DNA of 64,000 nucleotides from the human T2T-CHM13v2.0 reference genome, Homo sapiens. Shown here one piece after another: positions 1 through 16,307 of the stretch. The notes under the pieces are model-generated. The model had not been told where the DNA came from. It made no database searches and saw only the letters and a program-made list of their open reading frames with translations. Position 1 is the stretch's first letter; every line of letters starts with the position of its first letter. The stretch lies in the NCBI RefSeq assembly GCF_009914755.1, contig NC_060936.1. One strand, given 5' to 3'. The translations under genes were made by a program, and so were the position numbers.

Positions 1-439
1 GCAGGAGAATTGCTTGCACCTGGGAGGCAGAGGCTGCATGAGTCGAGATTGTGCTGCTGCACTCCAGCCTGGGCAACAGAGCAATATTCTGTCTCAAAAA
101 AAGAAAATAGGCTATGAAAATTTCAAACAAAGTGTTATAGGAATACAAATTTGTAATGGAGCTCTTGATGTGATGTCTTTAATGGCAGTTTAACTTTAGT
201 CCACAGGTGGGAGTGGGCTTACTCTACTGTTAGGAGACACAGGTAAGTTCAAGCTCTCTGACTTCCAAGACACAAAAATAGGCAATAAAAAAAAAATCAG
301 GCCAGGCATGGTGGCTCATACCTGTAATCCCAGCACTTTGGAAGGCTGAGGCAAGAGGATCTCCCTTAAGGCCATGAGTTTGAGACTAGCCTGGGCAACA
401 TATTGAGAACCCTGTCTCTATAACAAATTTAAAAATTAG

Positions 440-927
<488 letters not shown>

Positions 928-1398
928 CTTACCATTTTTAATTAGTAACATTTTTTTCAAATGTAAATTTTGTGTTCTGAGACAGTCCATTTATTCATTT
1001 AACAAATATTTTAACATTTTAAATTAGCCAGGTCCTCCTGAATGCTAAGGATATAATGGTGTACAAAACAGTCATGGTCTCTGTCCTCATCAAGCTTATG
1101 CTTCTGGTAAAGGCTGCTCATGACTAGTGACCTTATAACTAATGTATATTTATATTTTAACAATTACTTTTTCAGCACCATATGAACAGGAAAAATAGAA
1201 AAACAATTATTTCTTACATTCAAATCTCTCTCTCTCTCTCTCTTTTTTTTGAGACAGAGTCTCCCTCTGTTGCCCAGGCTAGAGTGCAGTAGCGCAATCT
1301 CGGCTCACTGCAACCTCTGCCTCTGGGTTCAAGTGATTCTCCTGCAGCAGACTCCCGAGTAGCTGGGACTACAGGGCCACACCACCACGCCTGGCTAA

Positions 1399-1602
<204 letters not shown>

Positions 1603-1858
1603 TAAGCAAATTATCTTCTAAATATATAGTGAATCAAAACTCAGGTAGAATCTTCATTAGGAGTGCTTCTCAGCAAATGTGGTTTTCAACAAACCTCTTG
1701 CTGTTTGTGTTGTAAGTTTATCCCTAGAAATATTACCCAGTGTGTAAGTTAAGAATAAGTCAGAATATTGAATATGACTACTACTTGAGGTAAGGGGCTG
1801 GCTTGAGGAAAATAGTTGAATCTTTCACTTCTGGATTCCTAGGATTATTCCTTTATTA

Positions 1859-2372
<514 letters not shown>

Positions 2373-2446
2373 AAGGGGAAGGAACTATCCAATTAATTAC
2401 TGTTTTGGCTCATTATCATCCCCGCAGTCTCATACTTCTTGCAATA

Positions 2447-2542
2447 TTTAGATTTAACCATATGAAATTGCTAGTATTCAATGATATGAAAAGATTAAGA
2501 TTTGACCTATGGAGACAGCAGTTTCATTTGATTCAGCCTAAT
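2447..2542. mobile_element. MADE2-like mariner MITE
   Basis: Imperfect terminal inverted repeats ttagatttaaccatatgaaattgct ... agcagtttcatttgattcagcctaa, matching the recalled MADE2 consensus. Confidence 0.7.
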
Positions 2543-3220
2543 TGTTGAATCAGTTGTGGGCCCTATTGGGATCATCTGAGTTGTTTATTTTAGGGATAGA
2601 TGAGGCCAAGGCCAAGCAAAACTAATGCCTCAGGTGTGAAGGAAACACACATTTAGAGAATATATCTTTCTGGTAGGTGATAAAATAAAAATAAAAAGAG
2701 AATACAATGAATACCACCATAAAATCAATGTAGTATATTCTGGGTTACATAGAATTCATTCTAGTCTTTTCTTTCTACAATATGCTAATTTTCTAGCCCA
2801 GTGATTCTAAATGATTTGGTTCCTGTATTCCTTCAGCGTCCGGCAAAGGAAAAGTCCATTTGACAATTTTATTAGAATATTCTCTGAAGCAATGTTTGTC
2901 CAGGAATATCTGTTGCTATAGGAGAAGAGGCCTGTTAGCACTGATATCCAGGTGTGAAAGAAATAATTCTTCAGAGCTGTCTTTTTCCTTGTTTGCCAGT
3001 AAGGTAAGTCAAAGAGGTAAAAAGACAAACTTTTCCAATTTTTTGTTTTAGACCAATTTTGTCATTCCATCCTACATCAGAAGGGGTCACGGCTAAGCTT
3101 TGCTTTATTGTTTGATGTAGCTCATTAACATTTCTTGCCTAAGGAAACTGGTATGTTCAATAAACTGTTTTTGTTTGTTTGTTTGTTTTGTTTTGTTTTT
3201 TACTTTTCCCTAAGACATAA

Positions 3221-3547
<327 letters not shown>

Positions 3548-5472
3548 AATAAACTCAACTTTTTGGACTATTTCCATTACATAGCCTTTTGGACACAAAA
3601 GTTAATCAGTGGAATGAGAAGATAATCCACAGGGAGTATTTATACCTAGGGAAAAATGTTTCTTTGGCTCTAATATACCTTGTTCAGGTCTCTTAGCCAC
3701 AATCAGAGCCTCACACGCAAACTGACCTGTCTCATTGCTTTCAACCACATATACCACACCAGCCTGTCTCCATTGGAATGTCTGGCTAGGGTCCAGCACA
3801 TCTACAGGTAATACATTCTTCTGAATTCTCCACTCTGATATGGAGGGGCCAATAGAGGCATGCAAACATTTTTCTTTATTTTTCTTTTTCTTTTATTTTG
3901 AGACAGGATCTCACTTTGGTTGCCTGGGCTGGAGTACAGTGGCGCCATCTCAGCTCACTGCAGCCTCGACCTCCCAGGCTCAGATGGCTCTCCCAACTCA
4001 GCCTCCTGAGGAGTTGGGACTACAGATATGCACTACCATGCCTGGCTAGTTTTTTGTATTTTTAGCAGAAATGGGGTTTTGCCATGTTGCCCACATTGGT
4101 CTTGAACTCCTGGACTGAAGCAATCTGCCCACCTCAGCCTCCCAAAGTGCTGGGACATTTTTCAGCTACATTTTGGGGTTGACCTAGCCCCTACTCCTTC
4201 ACCTTGGACACTTGTTTAAAAGAGTTGTTTTTCTGGAGAAATCACAAACAAGCCTATATTGAATCAGGTACAAATGTCTCTTCCCCAAAGAAGTTACAGA
4301 TAACTCTCATTTTGCTTTTTTCCCTTCAAAACAATTCCTGAGTGCTGGGTTCATGAGAACCAAGAATTAGAGAGGCATTGACTAAATCTGGAAAAATGTG
4401 GGCAATGTAATGGGCAAAGCAGAAGGGCGTCAAAGTAAATACACTGGAGGAAGTAGGATTCTTCCTCCTCCCGTATACTTCCTGAATCTAACCACAGAAC
4501 ACCATTACCTTCCCCATCATTTCCACAGAATTCCATAACTCCTTTACAAATATACTCACCTGTAATGCCAGCAGTTTTGGAGACTGAGGTGGGCAAATTG
4601 CTTGAGCTGAGGAATTCAAGACCAGCCTGGGCAACATGATGAAACCCCGTCTCTACCAAAAAAAAAAAAATTACAAAAGTTAGCCAGGTGTGGTGGTGCA
4701 TGCCTGTAGTCCCAGCTACAGGGTGGGGAGGGGTGGGATGGGTGTGAGGATCACCTGAACCTGGGGAAGTCAAAGCTGCCTGTTGTGAGCCGTGATTGTG
4801 CTACTGCACTCCAGCCTAGGTGACAGAGTGAGACCCTGTCATAAAAAAAAATATATGTTTATAATACATATACTCACCAGAATGAAGGATTTAGTTTCCA
4901 GTTTTGTTGGTGCTCTTTAACATAATACACCTTTGGCATCAGTTTGCATATCCGGGTCATTTTACTTCTGTGGTCCTAATTTACCAGATTATAAAAATTT
5001 AGATTTTTCGGTCGGGTGCCGTGGTTCACACCTGTAATCCCAGCACTTTGGGAGGCCAAGGCGGGTGGATTGCCTGAGGTCAGGAGTTCGAGACCAGACT
5101 GGCCAACATGGTGAAACCCCGTCTCCACTAAAAATACAAAAATTAGCTGGGCGTCGTGGCACATGCCTGTAGTACCAGCTACTCAGGAGGCTAAGGCGGG
5201 AGAATCGTTTGAACCCGGGAGGCAGAGGTTTCAGTGAGCCAAGATTGCACCACTGCACTCCAGCCTGGCGACAGAGTGAGACTCTGTCTCAGGGGGAAAA
5301 AAAAAAAGTAGAAAGAAAAATTAGACTTAAAAAAAAAGTTAAATTGGGTTGATTGCCTTTATGAATCAGGCCTTCAAGAGAAAGGTTTCTGTACCACATT
5401 GTTAGGGTAAAGGAGAAGATATCATCCAAGGGCCTAAACAGCAAGGATAAATTGGTTAATGAGAGTCTCTGA

Positions 5473-5580
<108 letters not shown>

Positions 5581-5623
5581 TGAGGTCGGGAGTTTGAGAC
5601 CAGTCTGGCCAACAAGACTACTA

Positions 5624-5803
<180 letters not shown>

Positions 5804-7399
5804 TCACTGAGTGATGCCTTCATTTATTTATTTACTGCATTTGGCTGCTGTGTTTCCAGTCTCAGTTGCAATTCCCACACTGAGGCTCTCCCACCCTTCC
5901 TGTGTCCCCTGAGCTGAGCAGGCACTTCCTGTCCTATTGGAAATGAAAGTTAGAGATTGGGGGTAGGGTATGTATATTTACTCTGCAGAATACTAATACT
6001 GTCTGTTCCATTATCATAGCAAAAAAGTGACACGGAAACTAGAATAGAGACCAGAACTTCATTTGAGGGAGGGTTTGGGCTTAATATTTGTTGTCACAAA
6101 ACAGACAGGGTTAATTTATATCTCAAGAAACTACTTAGGATGGCAGCAAGGTGGCCTTATGAAGGGATTTGAAGGCTTTCATTTAACATCCCTATTGCAC
6201 TTGGATTGGTAGGGGTTACTGGATATCATTCTTAAGTTTTTGGTTTCCTTTCTTGTTAAGGTTACGCCTACAAAGACATTCTTTGGAAACTAGTAGAGGT
6301 AAGTGTTGCAACTCTATTAGGTTCTTGACTCTGAAATTTGTATTCCTTCCTAAGAATTTTGTGTTTTTATTCTGTTGAAGCATATGCTTCTTAAGTATTT
6401 TTTTTTTTTAAACAGCTCAAAGACAACTCAAAGCAGACATCCCAACTGTAGACTTCAATTTAGACATAAACTCCAGGTTTGGTGAGTTACTGTAATTGTT
6501 TCAGTTTCATGGATCTTAAAGATGAGGAAATAGCAGGGTAAAGTGTTAAATAAGATAGCCTGCAATTGTTAGAGAAATAACAAGGCACCAAGTTTCATGA
6601 TATAGTCCAGTCTGATAATTCCTTCTTAAGTATGAACTCATTCCTCGGAGAATCTGAAATAGGAGTGAGGGGCATCAGCCCATTGGTATGACCCAAGAGA
6701 AACACATCTAAGGATCTGAAACTAGTTATACCCCATACTCTGTTTTGCTTAGCTCTGCTCTTTGGTGTGTTCCTCTGTTTGTTCCTTTGTACATTAAGAT
6801 CACTATAAATGGGCCAGGGGTGGTGGCTCATGCCTGTAATCCCAGCACTTTGGGAGGTTGAGTGGGTGGATCACTTGAGGTCAGGAGTTCGAGACCAGCC
6901 TGGCCAAGATGGCGAAACCCCGTCCCTACTAAAAAATACAAAAATCAGCTGGGTGTGGTGGTGGTCACCTGTAATCCCAGCTACTCGAGAGGCTGAGGCA
7001 GGAGAATTGCGGAAGGTGGAGGTTGCAGTGAGCCGGATCCGGGATTGCACCACTGCACTTCAGCCTGGGTGACAGACTAAAACTCTGTCTCAAAAAAAAA
7101 AAAAAAAAATCACTGTAAGTGTAAAGTAGGGGAAGCCCTGAGCTTATCTCACACACTCTAACTCTGTTTTTTTTTTTTTTTTTTTTTTGCGTGTTCTCCA
7201 AGGCAATGTCTCAGGAGCCCCTTTAAAATCAAGCTTGAAATCTTATAGCTGAGATCTAAGGGTGGAAATAAAGCCCTCATTGTCTTTATATGAGAATCGG
7301 AACTTGTTCATAGAGGAAAGGGGATAAATTTGAAAGGGGTTAGACCTAAGAACTCTTCTTTCTAGCTTTAACTCCTGAGACTATGAAAAACAAACAAAA

Positions 7400-7688
7400 A
7401 AAAACATCTTGGGCATTAGGACCCAGTGGAAGTGCCTCTGCCTCATTCAGACTCTGTTAACTTCTCTCAGTGACGTAAAGGAGCAGCCCGAGCTCATTCT
7501 CTGCCCGCAGCCCCCCTTCATCTCTCTCCTCCTGCTCCTTTTCTCCTCCTTTCTCCTCCCCCTCCCTTTTTTCCTCCCTCCCTCTCCCCCTTTCCCTCGC
7601 TCCCCTCCTCCCTCCCTCCCCGTCTTTCTTACCCCCTCCCTTTCTCTCTCTCTCTCTCTCTCACTCGTTCCCTAACATTAAAGAGAAA
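7400..7688 (+). promoter_or_regulatory. RBMS2: RBMS2 proximal promoter / 5'UTR, CpG-poor, with CRE-like TGACGTAA (7471-7478), ETS-like GGAAGTG (~7428) and a long polypyrimidine tract
   Basis: Lies directly upstream of the ATG in repeat-free DNA; motifs read from the sequence. The exact TSS cannot be determined. Confidence 0.6.
7496..7672 (+). repeat. C/T-rich low-complexity tract ending in (CT)n
   Basis: Near-pure pyrimidine run with CCCT/CCT units and (CT)~10 at about 7643-7662. Confidence 0.9.
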
Positions 7689-7754
7689 ATGCTGCTATCC
7701 GTGACTTCCAGGCCCGGGATTTCGACTTTTGGCTACAATAGAAACAACAAGAAG
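7689..7754 (+). CDS. RBMS2: RBMS2 coding exon 1 (MLLSVTSRPGISTFGYNRNNKK)
   Basis: ATG at 7689 (A at -3). The translation matches the RBMS2 N-terminus as I recall it. Donor AAG|gtaggg at 7755; 66 nt, phase 0. Confidence 0.96.
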
Positions 7755-8854
7755 GTAGGGAAAAGCGCTTTTTTGGTATCTAGCTACTTCTTTTTCTGGG
7801 GATCTTGCAATGCCCTTGGTTTTTACATTCTTTTTAAAGAGGGGAAGGGGCTTCCTCTCTCAAGATTCCTAATTCCTCACCGCGCTTCTCCCTTTTCCAC
7901 TACTGCTTTCTGCATCTTTCCTCAACTGGTTCTGGAGTTCAGGGAACTTTCAGTCTCTGCGAGGCCTGAAAAGACAGGGGAATTAAAAACAAATCAAGCT
8001 TGCAAGTTTGTATCCTTATGAAATGAAGTTAGTTTGACTTCCTGCTGATGTATCAATCTCCACAAGGATAATATGTCATTTCAGACCCTGTCCCCCAGTC
8101 CACCCCACCCCACAAGATTATTTTATTTTTTGATTAACTGTTTCCATTCTCTCCCCAACCTTCCCTCCTACCCATACCACCAGTAGTATTAGATAGCTGA
8201 AATCATAGATAGTCAGAGAAACCACAACAGTTTATCAAGAGCTGGGTATACTCTTCTAGACTACAGATCCTACCCCACCCAGCCTATAGAGAAGGAGTCT
8301 TGAGAGACATCGCACCTTGGGATTAAGGCACAGAGCGCTGTGATACTTTGGATCTTGTATTTGAACTGATACTTGGACCTCTGCAGATAGCCAGACTTTG
8401 CAGTGATCCTAGGAGTCTTTATGATTAACCCATGGCTGCCAGAGAATTGTGCTGTCCTTGGGCACATGGGGAGAGATGGACAATCTTGTCCATATTTGAC
8501 AAGGAATATATTTGGCAGTTTCTGGCATTTCAGGGCGCACAGCATACTGATTAGGAGGAATTTCATGCTGTAGCAGGAAGAAGACTCTTTACCCTCTCTT
8601 TGTGTTGTAGCTGTTCTTTGAAGAAAAAATGTGACATAGACATTTAGGGAATCTTTTGCTCATCTAATGGAATGTTGGAGGGTGAGGAACGATTCCTGCT
8701 GCTTTCTCATGTACCTAATGAGACCATTAGAGGTGGATTTAAACACAAGTGTCTGATCAATGCAGTGGGTAAATGTTTAGACCCAAAACACTTAATGTTG
8801 ATTTATGGGCTTAGTCTGTGTGGTACTCATTTTGTTTATATCCTGAAGAAATAT

Positions 8855-9155
8855 GGGTAGAGGGGAGAGGAAATGGGGAGCTATAGGTCAGAGGATACAA
8901 AGTAGTAGATATGTAGGATGAACAAATCCTGAGATCCAATGTACAACATGAGGACTATAGATGATAAAGTTGTACTGTATATGGGATTCATGCTAAATGA
9001 GCAGACTTTAGCTCCTCTTGCCACAAAAAGAAACAAAAGGGACAATTATGTGGGATGATTAATTTACTTCACTATAGTAACCTTTCTACTATCTATATGT
9101 ATCCCGTAACATGTTGTATACCTTAAATATACACAATAAAATTTACTTTAAAAAA
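8855..9155 (+). mobile_element. Old L1M/HAL1-type 3' end
   Basis: aatgtacaacatgaggactatag...atgttgtataccttaaatatacacaataaaa plus A-rich tail. Confidence 0.7.
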
Positions 9156-10028
9156 GAAATGAGGCTGGGCATGGTGGCTTATGCCTGTAATCCCAGCACT
9201 TGGGAGGCCAAGGTGGGTGGATCACTTGAGGTCAGGAGTTCGAGACCAGCCTGGTCAACATGGTGAAACCCCAAATTAGCTGGGCTTGGTGGCACGCGCC
9301 TGTAATCCCAGCTACTCAGGAGGCTGAAGCAGGAGAATCACTTGAACCTGGGGGACAGAGGTTGCAATGAGCCAGGATTGTGCCACTGCACTCCAGCCTG
9401 GGTGACAGAGCAAGACTCCATCTCAAAAAGAAATGAAATATGAGTTTATACACATTTGTTGGTTATCAATATATGTTTATATGTACATATACTGACATCC
9501 CTTTATCAAATATATGTATAGATAATACATTATATATTATACGTATATATTTGAAAGGGAAATATTTCACATGTCTTTATTCTTTTCAAACCTTGTAGAG
9601 TACCATGTGAAAATTTCTTTCCTGATTTTTTTCCCTCCTAGTTCTCTCAGGTTACCCAGAACTCATTAAAATAAAATGAATTCCCAAAATGAATTGCTTC
9701 CCTATTAGAGGTTTCACGTATTTGAAGCTATCTAAAAATCTCTTTTTGCTCTCTGCTCCCTCTCCCACCTTGGAGTATAGGAAAAAGTTAATTAGCTTCT
9801 AAATCTAGGATAGTATAGGGGACAAGAGGTATGGTTGTGGGTTTGGGTTGAAATCTCTTAGTAAGGTTTGACAATTCAGGAATTGTTGGAATTGGTTGGG
9901 GAGGATAGGTAGATACATAATTACTAATTACTAATGTATTTGTCAATTCTTTGGGTTCTTATAAGTCAATGTTATGATCAGATGTAAGGATGCTGTATCT
10001 GTGCATCACTCTGTGGCCATGCATATGA

Positions 10029-10508
<480 letters not shown>

Positions 10509-10874
10509 TGACTAGTTGGGATTACAGGTGCCCGCCACCACGCCCAGCTAATTTTTTTGTATTTTTAGTAGAGACGGGGTTTCATCATGTTGGTCAGGCT
10601 GGTCTTGAACTCCTGACCTCAGGTAATCTGCCTGCCTCGGCCTCCCAAAGTGCTGGGATTACAGGCATGAGCCACTGCGCCTGGCCCCATATTTTTATTT
10701 TTATTTTACTTAATTTTTTTCCTCAACACTAGATGACCAGGGAGGGTGTTTTTAAACTATAGCATTATTACGTTGCTCTTTGTCTTGTCAAGTAGGGCTT
10801 ACTGTGTTTCTGTTTTGGAAAGGGTTGTAGATGCATTTGCTTATGTAATTTGTGTATTTTCCATACTCAGTTAA

Positions 10875-11105
<231 letters not shown>

Positions 11106-11865
11106 TGAACTCCTGGCCTCAAGCAATCTGCCTGCCTCGGGTTCCCAACGTGCTGGGATTACAGGCGTGAGCCACTGTCTGGCCCATTTATTTATTTATT
11201 TATTTTGAGACAGGGTATCACTCTGCAGTCTGGGCTGGAGGACAGTGCCATGATCTCGGCTCACTACAATCTCCAACCCCTGGGCTTAAGCGAGCCTCCC
11301 ACCTCAGCCAACTTTTATATATAACTTTTTTGTTGTTTGTTTTCGAGACAGAGTCTCGCTCTGTCACCCAGGCTGGAGTGCAGTGGGGCGATCTCAGCTC
11401 ACTGCAACCTCCGACTCCTGGGTTCAAGTGATTCTTCTGCCTCAGCCTCCTGAGTAGCTGGGATTACAGAGGCCCACCACCACGCCTGGCTAATTTTTTA
11501 TATTTTTGGTAGAGATGGCGTTTCACCATGTCGGCCAGGCTGTTCTCGAACTCCTGACCTCAAGTGACCTGCCCACCTCGGCCTCCCAAAGTGCTAGGAT
11601 TACAGGCGTGAGCCACCACGCCCTACCTATATATAACTTTTATATAAAAGTTACTGTTTCTTACTGAAACTAATGAAAGTTATTGTAAAAATTTAACTTT
11701 GGTGCTCACGCCTGTAATCCCAGCTCTTTGGGAGGTGGAAGTGGGCAGATGGCTCAAGGTCAGGAGTTTGAGACCAGCCTGGCCAACATGGTGAAACCCC
11801 GTCAATACTGAAAATACAAAAATTAGCCGGGTATGGTGGTGCACGCCTGTAGTCCCAGCTACTCA

Positions 11866-12027
<162 letters not shown>

Positions 12028-12982
12028 TTATTTTGAAATACATACTTCACTTATCAGGAAAGATGTTTCCTGAGGAGCCCATGACAGTCATAGTTTTCTT
12101 ACTCTTTATTGGCTGGTGGTAAATATGGGAATGCCGTCAACAAATGTATAATGCCTAATAAAGGCGGACTTTTTTCTCAGGAAGTAGTGTTAAATTTTTT
12201 TTTCCTTTCTTTGGAATTAAAATAGTTACTGAAGGGGAAAAATGTGGATTTCAAAGAGGGATTCTGCAAGATAATTTTGTGTTTTTTTTTTTTTAAACAT
12301 CAGTTTTAATGCCCTTCAGTAACTTGGTTCATTAAAAAAAAAAAAAAAAAGGCTGAAGTAAAAAGAGACAGGGTCTCAACACTGTTTCTTCAATGTTTGA
12401 AGAAGTTGCCAAAGTAGAGAGATTTGAGTATAGGTGAGATCGAAAGAGGAAATGTTTGGGACTAAAGGAATTTCAAACTTGTAAAGGGCCTAACCACGCC
12501 TTTCTTGACATCATCTCTCTGGCATGTGTTATTATAATTTAACTCCTCATAGGATCAACAACCATTTCCTTTGGAAAAAAAGAAAAGGGACTGTGTTTAA
12601 CTTAGGATAATTTGCCTTCTCCAACGTACTTTTCATACATTTCTATTTCTTCTCAATGTTAATATATTGAAGACTGATGGGGAGTAGGAGGTGATGAAAG
12701 TAAGGCTGACTGGTGGGTACTGCCAGATCCTCATTCTTTGAGAAGCTTGTTACCTGAGATTGTCATGAGTGTTTACTCAGGAGAGAGAAGTGACAAACAG
12801 TGCTGGATTCACTTAGTACTTCTAACAGGATAGAGAATTTTCTCTGTGTATGTTTACTACTTTTCCTTCTAGTTTCCATCAAATCAAATGTAATAGGACT
12901 GAGAATTAAGAACTTGTCGGTCTAACATCTCTTGACTGGGGCAGCTGTTCTGTTATCAGTAATAAGTTAACTCAAATGGTTA

Positions 12983-13336
<354 letters not shown>

Positions 13337-14209
13337 TTACCTGCTGAACAAAGTGCAAATCTCTAGCCCAACACCTACTATCTGTCTGGCCTTTCCTTAT
13401 CTTCCCCATCCCCCGCCACCCCCCCACCATGCCCCCTTGATACTGTTACATTTGCTCTACTGGCCAGTTACGTTAATGCAGTTTTCTGGATATGCCCTTT
13501 GGTTGCTGGTTTACATTTCTTATTCCATAGGAGAATATGCAATATGCAATATAACAAAAAATACAGAACAGAAACAGGACAAAGGAAAATATCAACTGGA
13601 CTAAGAAGTCAGTTGGAATTAAAAGGCAAGTATGGCCAGGCACAGTGGCTCATGCCTGTAATTCCAGCACTTTGGGAGGCCAAAGTGGGAGGATCACTTG
13701 ACCTAGGAGTTCCAGACCAGCCCGGACAACATGGCAAAACCCTGTCTCTACAAAAGATACAAAAATTAGCCACATATGGTGGTGTGTGCCTGTCGTTCCA
13801 GCTGCTCAGGAGCCTGAGGTGGGAGGATCACCTGAGCTGGTAGAGGTCGAGGCTACAGTGAGCCATGATCATGCCACTGCATTGCAGCCTGGGCAACTGA
13901 GCGAGACCATGTATCAAAAAAAAAAAAAAAGTCAAGTGTGCAAATCATAAAATTATAATGCTGGAAGATGAGGATTGAAGAATAGTCTTTGAATTTGTTA
14001 GTGTAAAGGTGGTTGATGACTTTGACAAGCAATTTCAGAGGTATGGGGAGCAAAATCAAGGTTGGAATAGGTTGATGAGTGAAAACAAGTAAGGAAGTAT
14101 AGATGGTATATATACACTAATCTCTTAAGAACATTGATTAAGATGTAGAGCAGAACCCAAATAGAAAGTAGGCAAAACATCTGAATCGATGTTTATCCAC
14201 AGGCTCTAT

Positions 14210-15945
14210 GGCAAGATGCTTAACATCATTAGCCATCAAGGAAATATAAAATAAAGCCACAATGAGATACCACTTCACACCCAGTAGGCTGTTTATAATG
14301 AAAAAGACAGATAATAAAAAAGACAGTCAATAATCAAAAAGATAATCGAAAGGACAAATATCTCCTCGGCACCGTGTTGCCCAGGAGTTAGAGACCAGCC
14401 CGGGGCAACATGGTGAAACCCCATCTCTACAAAAATACAAAAATTAGCTGGGTGTGGTGGCATACACCTGTAGTCCTAGCTATTCATACTTGGAAGGCTG
14501 AGGTGGGAGGATTGCTTGAGCCCAGGAGGTCAAGGCTGCGGTTGATTGCCCCACTGTCTTCATTCTGGGTGACAGAGCAAGACTCTGTATCAAAAAAGAA
14601 AGAAAGAAAGAGAGACATAATATATGTGGAGTAACTGGAACCTTTATACACTTCTGGTGGGAATGTAAAATGGTACAGCTGCTTTGGAAAACATCTTGGC
14701 AGGTTCTCAAAAGGTTAAGCAAAGACCCAGGAATTCCACTCCTAGATATATGCCCAAGAGAAATGGAAACATATGTTACACAAAGACCTGTACATAAATG
14801 TTCATAGGAGCATTATTCATAATAGTCCAGAGTGGAAACAACCCAAATGTCCATCAACTGATGAATGGATAAATAAAATACATGGTGTGCCCATACAATG
14901 AAATATTATTCAACAATAATAAGGAATGGGGTACTAGGCTGAGTGTGGTTTCTCATGCCTGTAATCCCAGCACTTTGGGAGCCCGAGGCAGGTGGATTGC
15001 TGGAGCCCAGGAGCTCTAGACCAGCCTGGGCAACATGGCAAAAGCAAAACCCCATCTCTACAAAAAGTACAAAAATTAGCCAGGCGTGCTGGTGTGCAAC
15101 ACACCTGTAGCCCCAGCTACTCGGAAGGCTGAGGTGGTAGGATTGCTTGAGGCTGGGAGGTGGAGACTGCAGTGGATCACACCACTGTACTCCAGCTTGT
15201 GCAACAGAGCAAGACTCTGTCCCAACAACAACAACAACAACAATAACAACAACAACAACAAAACAAATCTCTAGGGGAAAAAAAAAAGAAAAAAGGATGG
15301 AATACTGATACATGCTAAATGTGGATGAACCTTAAAAACATGACGCTCATGAAAGAAGCCAGTCATAAGAGACTACATGTTGTATGATTCCATTTATGGG
15401 AAATGCCCAGAATACGGAAATCTATAGAGACAGAAAGTCGATTAGTGGTTGCCTAGGGCTTAGTGGAGAAATAGGGAGTGACTGGTAATGGGTATTGTGT
15501 TTCTTTTTGGGATAATGAAATGTTCTAAAATTGTGGTTATGGTTGCACAACTCTGTGATCTAAGTACCATTGAATTTATGCTTTCTTTATTTAGAGACAG
15601 GGTCTCACTCTGTTGCCCAGGCTGGAGTGCATTGGCACAATCATAGCTTACTAAAGCCTCAAACTCCTGAGCTCAAGGGATCCTCCTGCCACAGCCTCCC
15701 AAGTAGCTGGGATTACAGCGCCACATGCCCAGCTAATTAAAAAAAATTTTTTTTATAGAGACAGGCTTTTGCTATGTTGCTCAGGCTTGTCTCAAACCCC
15801 TGGGCTCAAGCGATCCTCCTGCCTTGGCCTCCCAGAGTGCTGGGATTACAGGCGTGAGCCACTGTGCCTAGTCCTGAATTTATACTTAAATGGGTGACGT
15901 GTATGGTATGTGAATTATGTCTCAGTAGAGTTGTTATTTTAAAAA
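14210..15945 (+). mobile_element. L1MB-type 3' portion interrupted by several Alus
   Basis: ORF2-end motifs (ccacaatgagataccacttcacacc; aacccaaatgtccatcaactgatgaatggataaa) and 3'UTR (gtggttgcctaggg, ggttgcacaactctgtg). Confidence 0.85.
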
Positions 15946-15968
15946 AAGGGACCAGAGAAATGAGATAA

Positions 15969-16307
<339 letters not shown>

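Noticed and set aside
7755-8021. Continuation of ORF 7689..8021 beyond KK
   Set aside because: Read-through past the exon 1 donor into intron; the RBMS2 sequence resumes at 48420.
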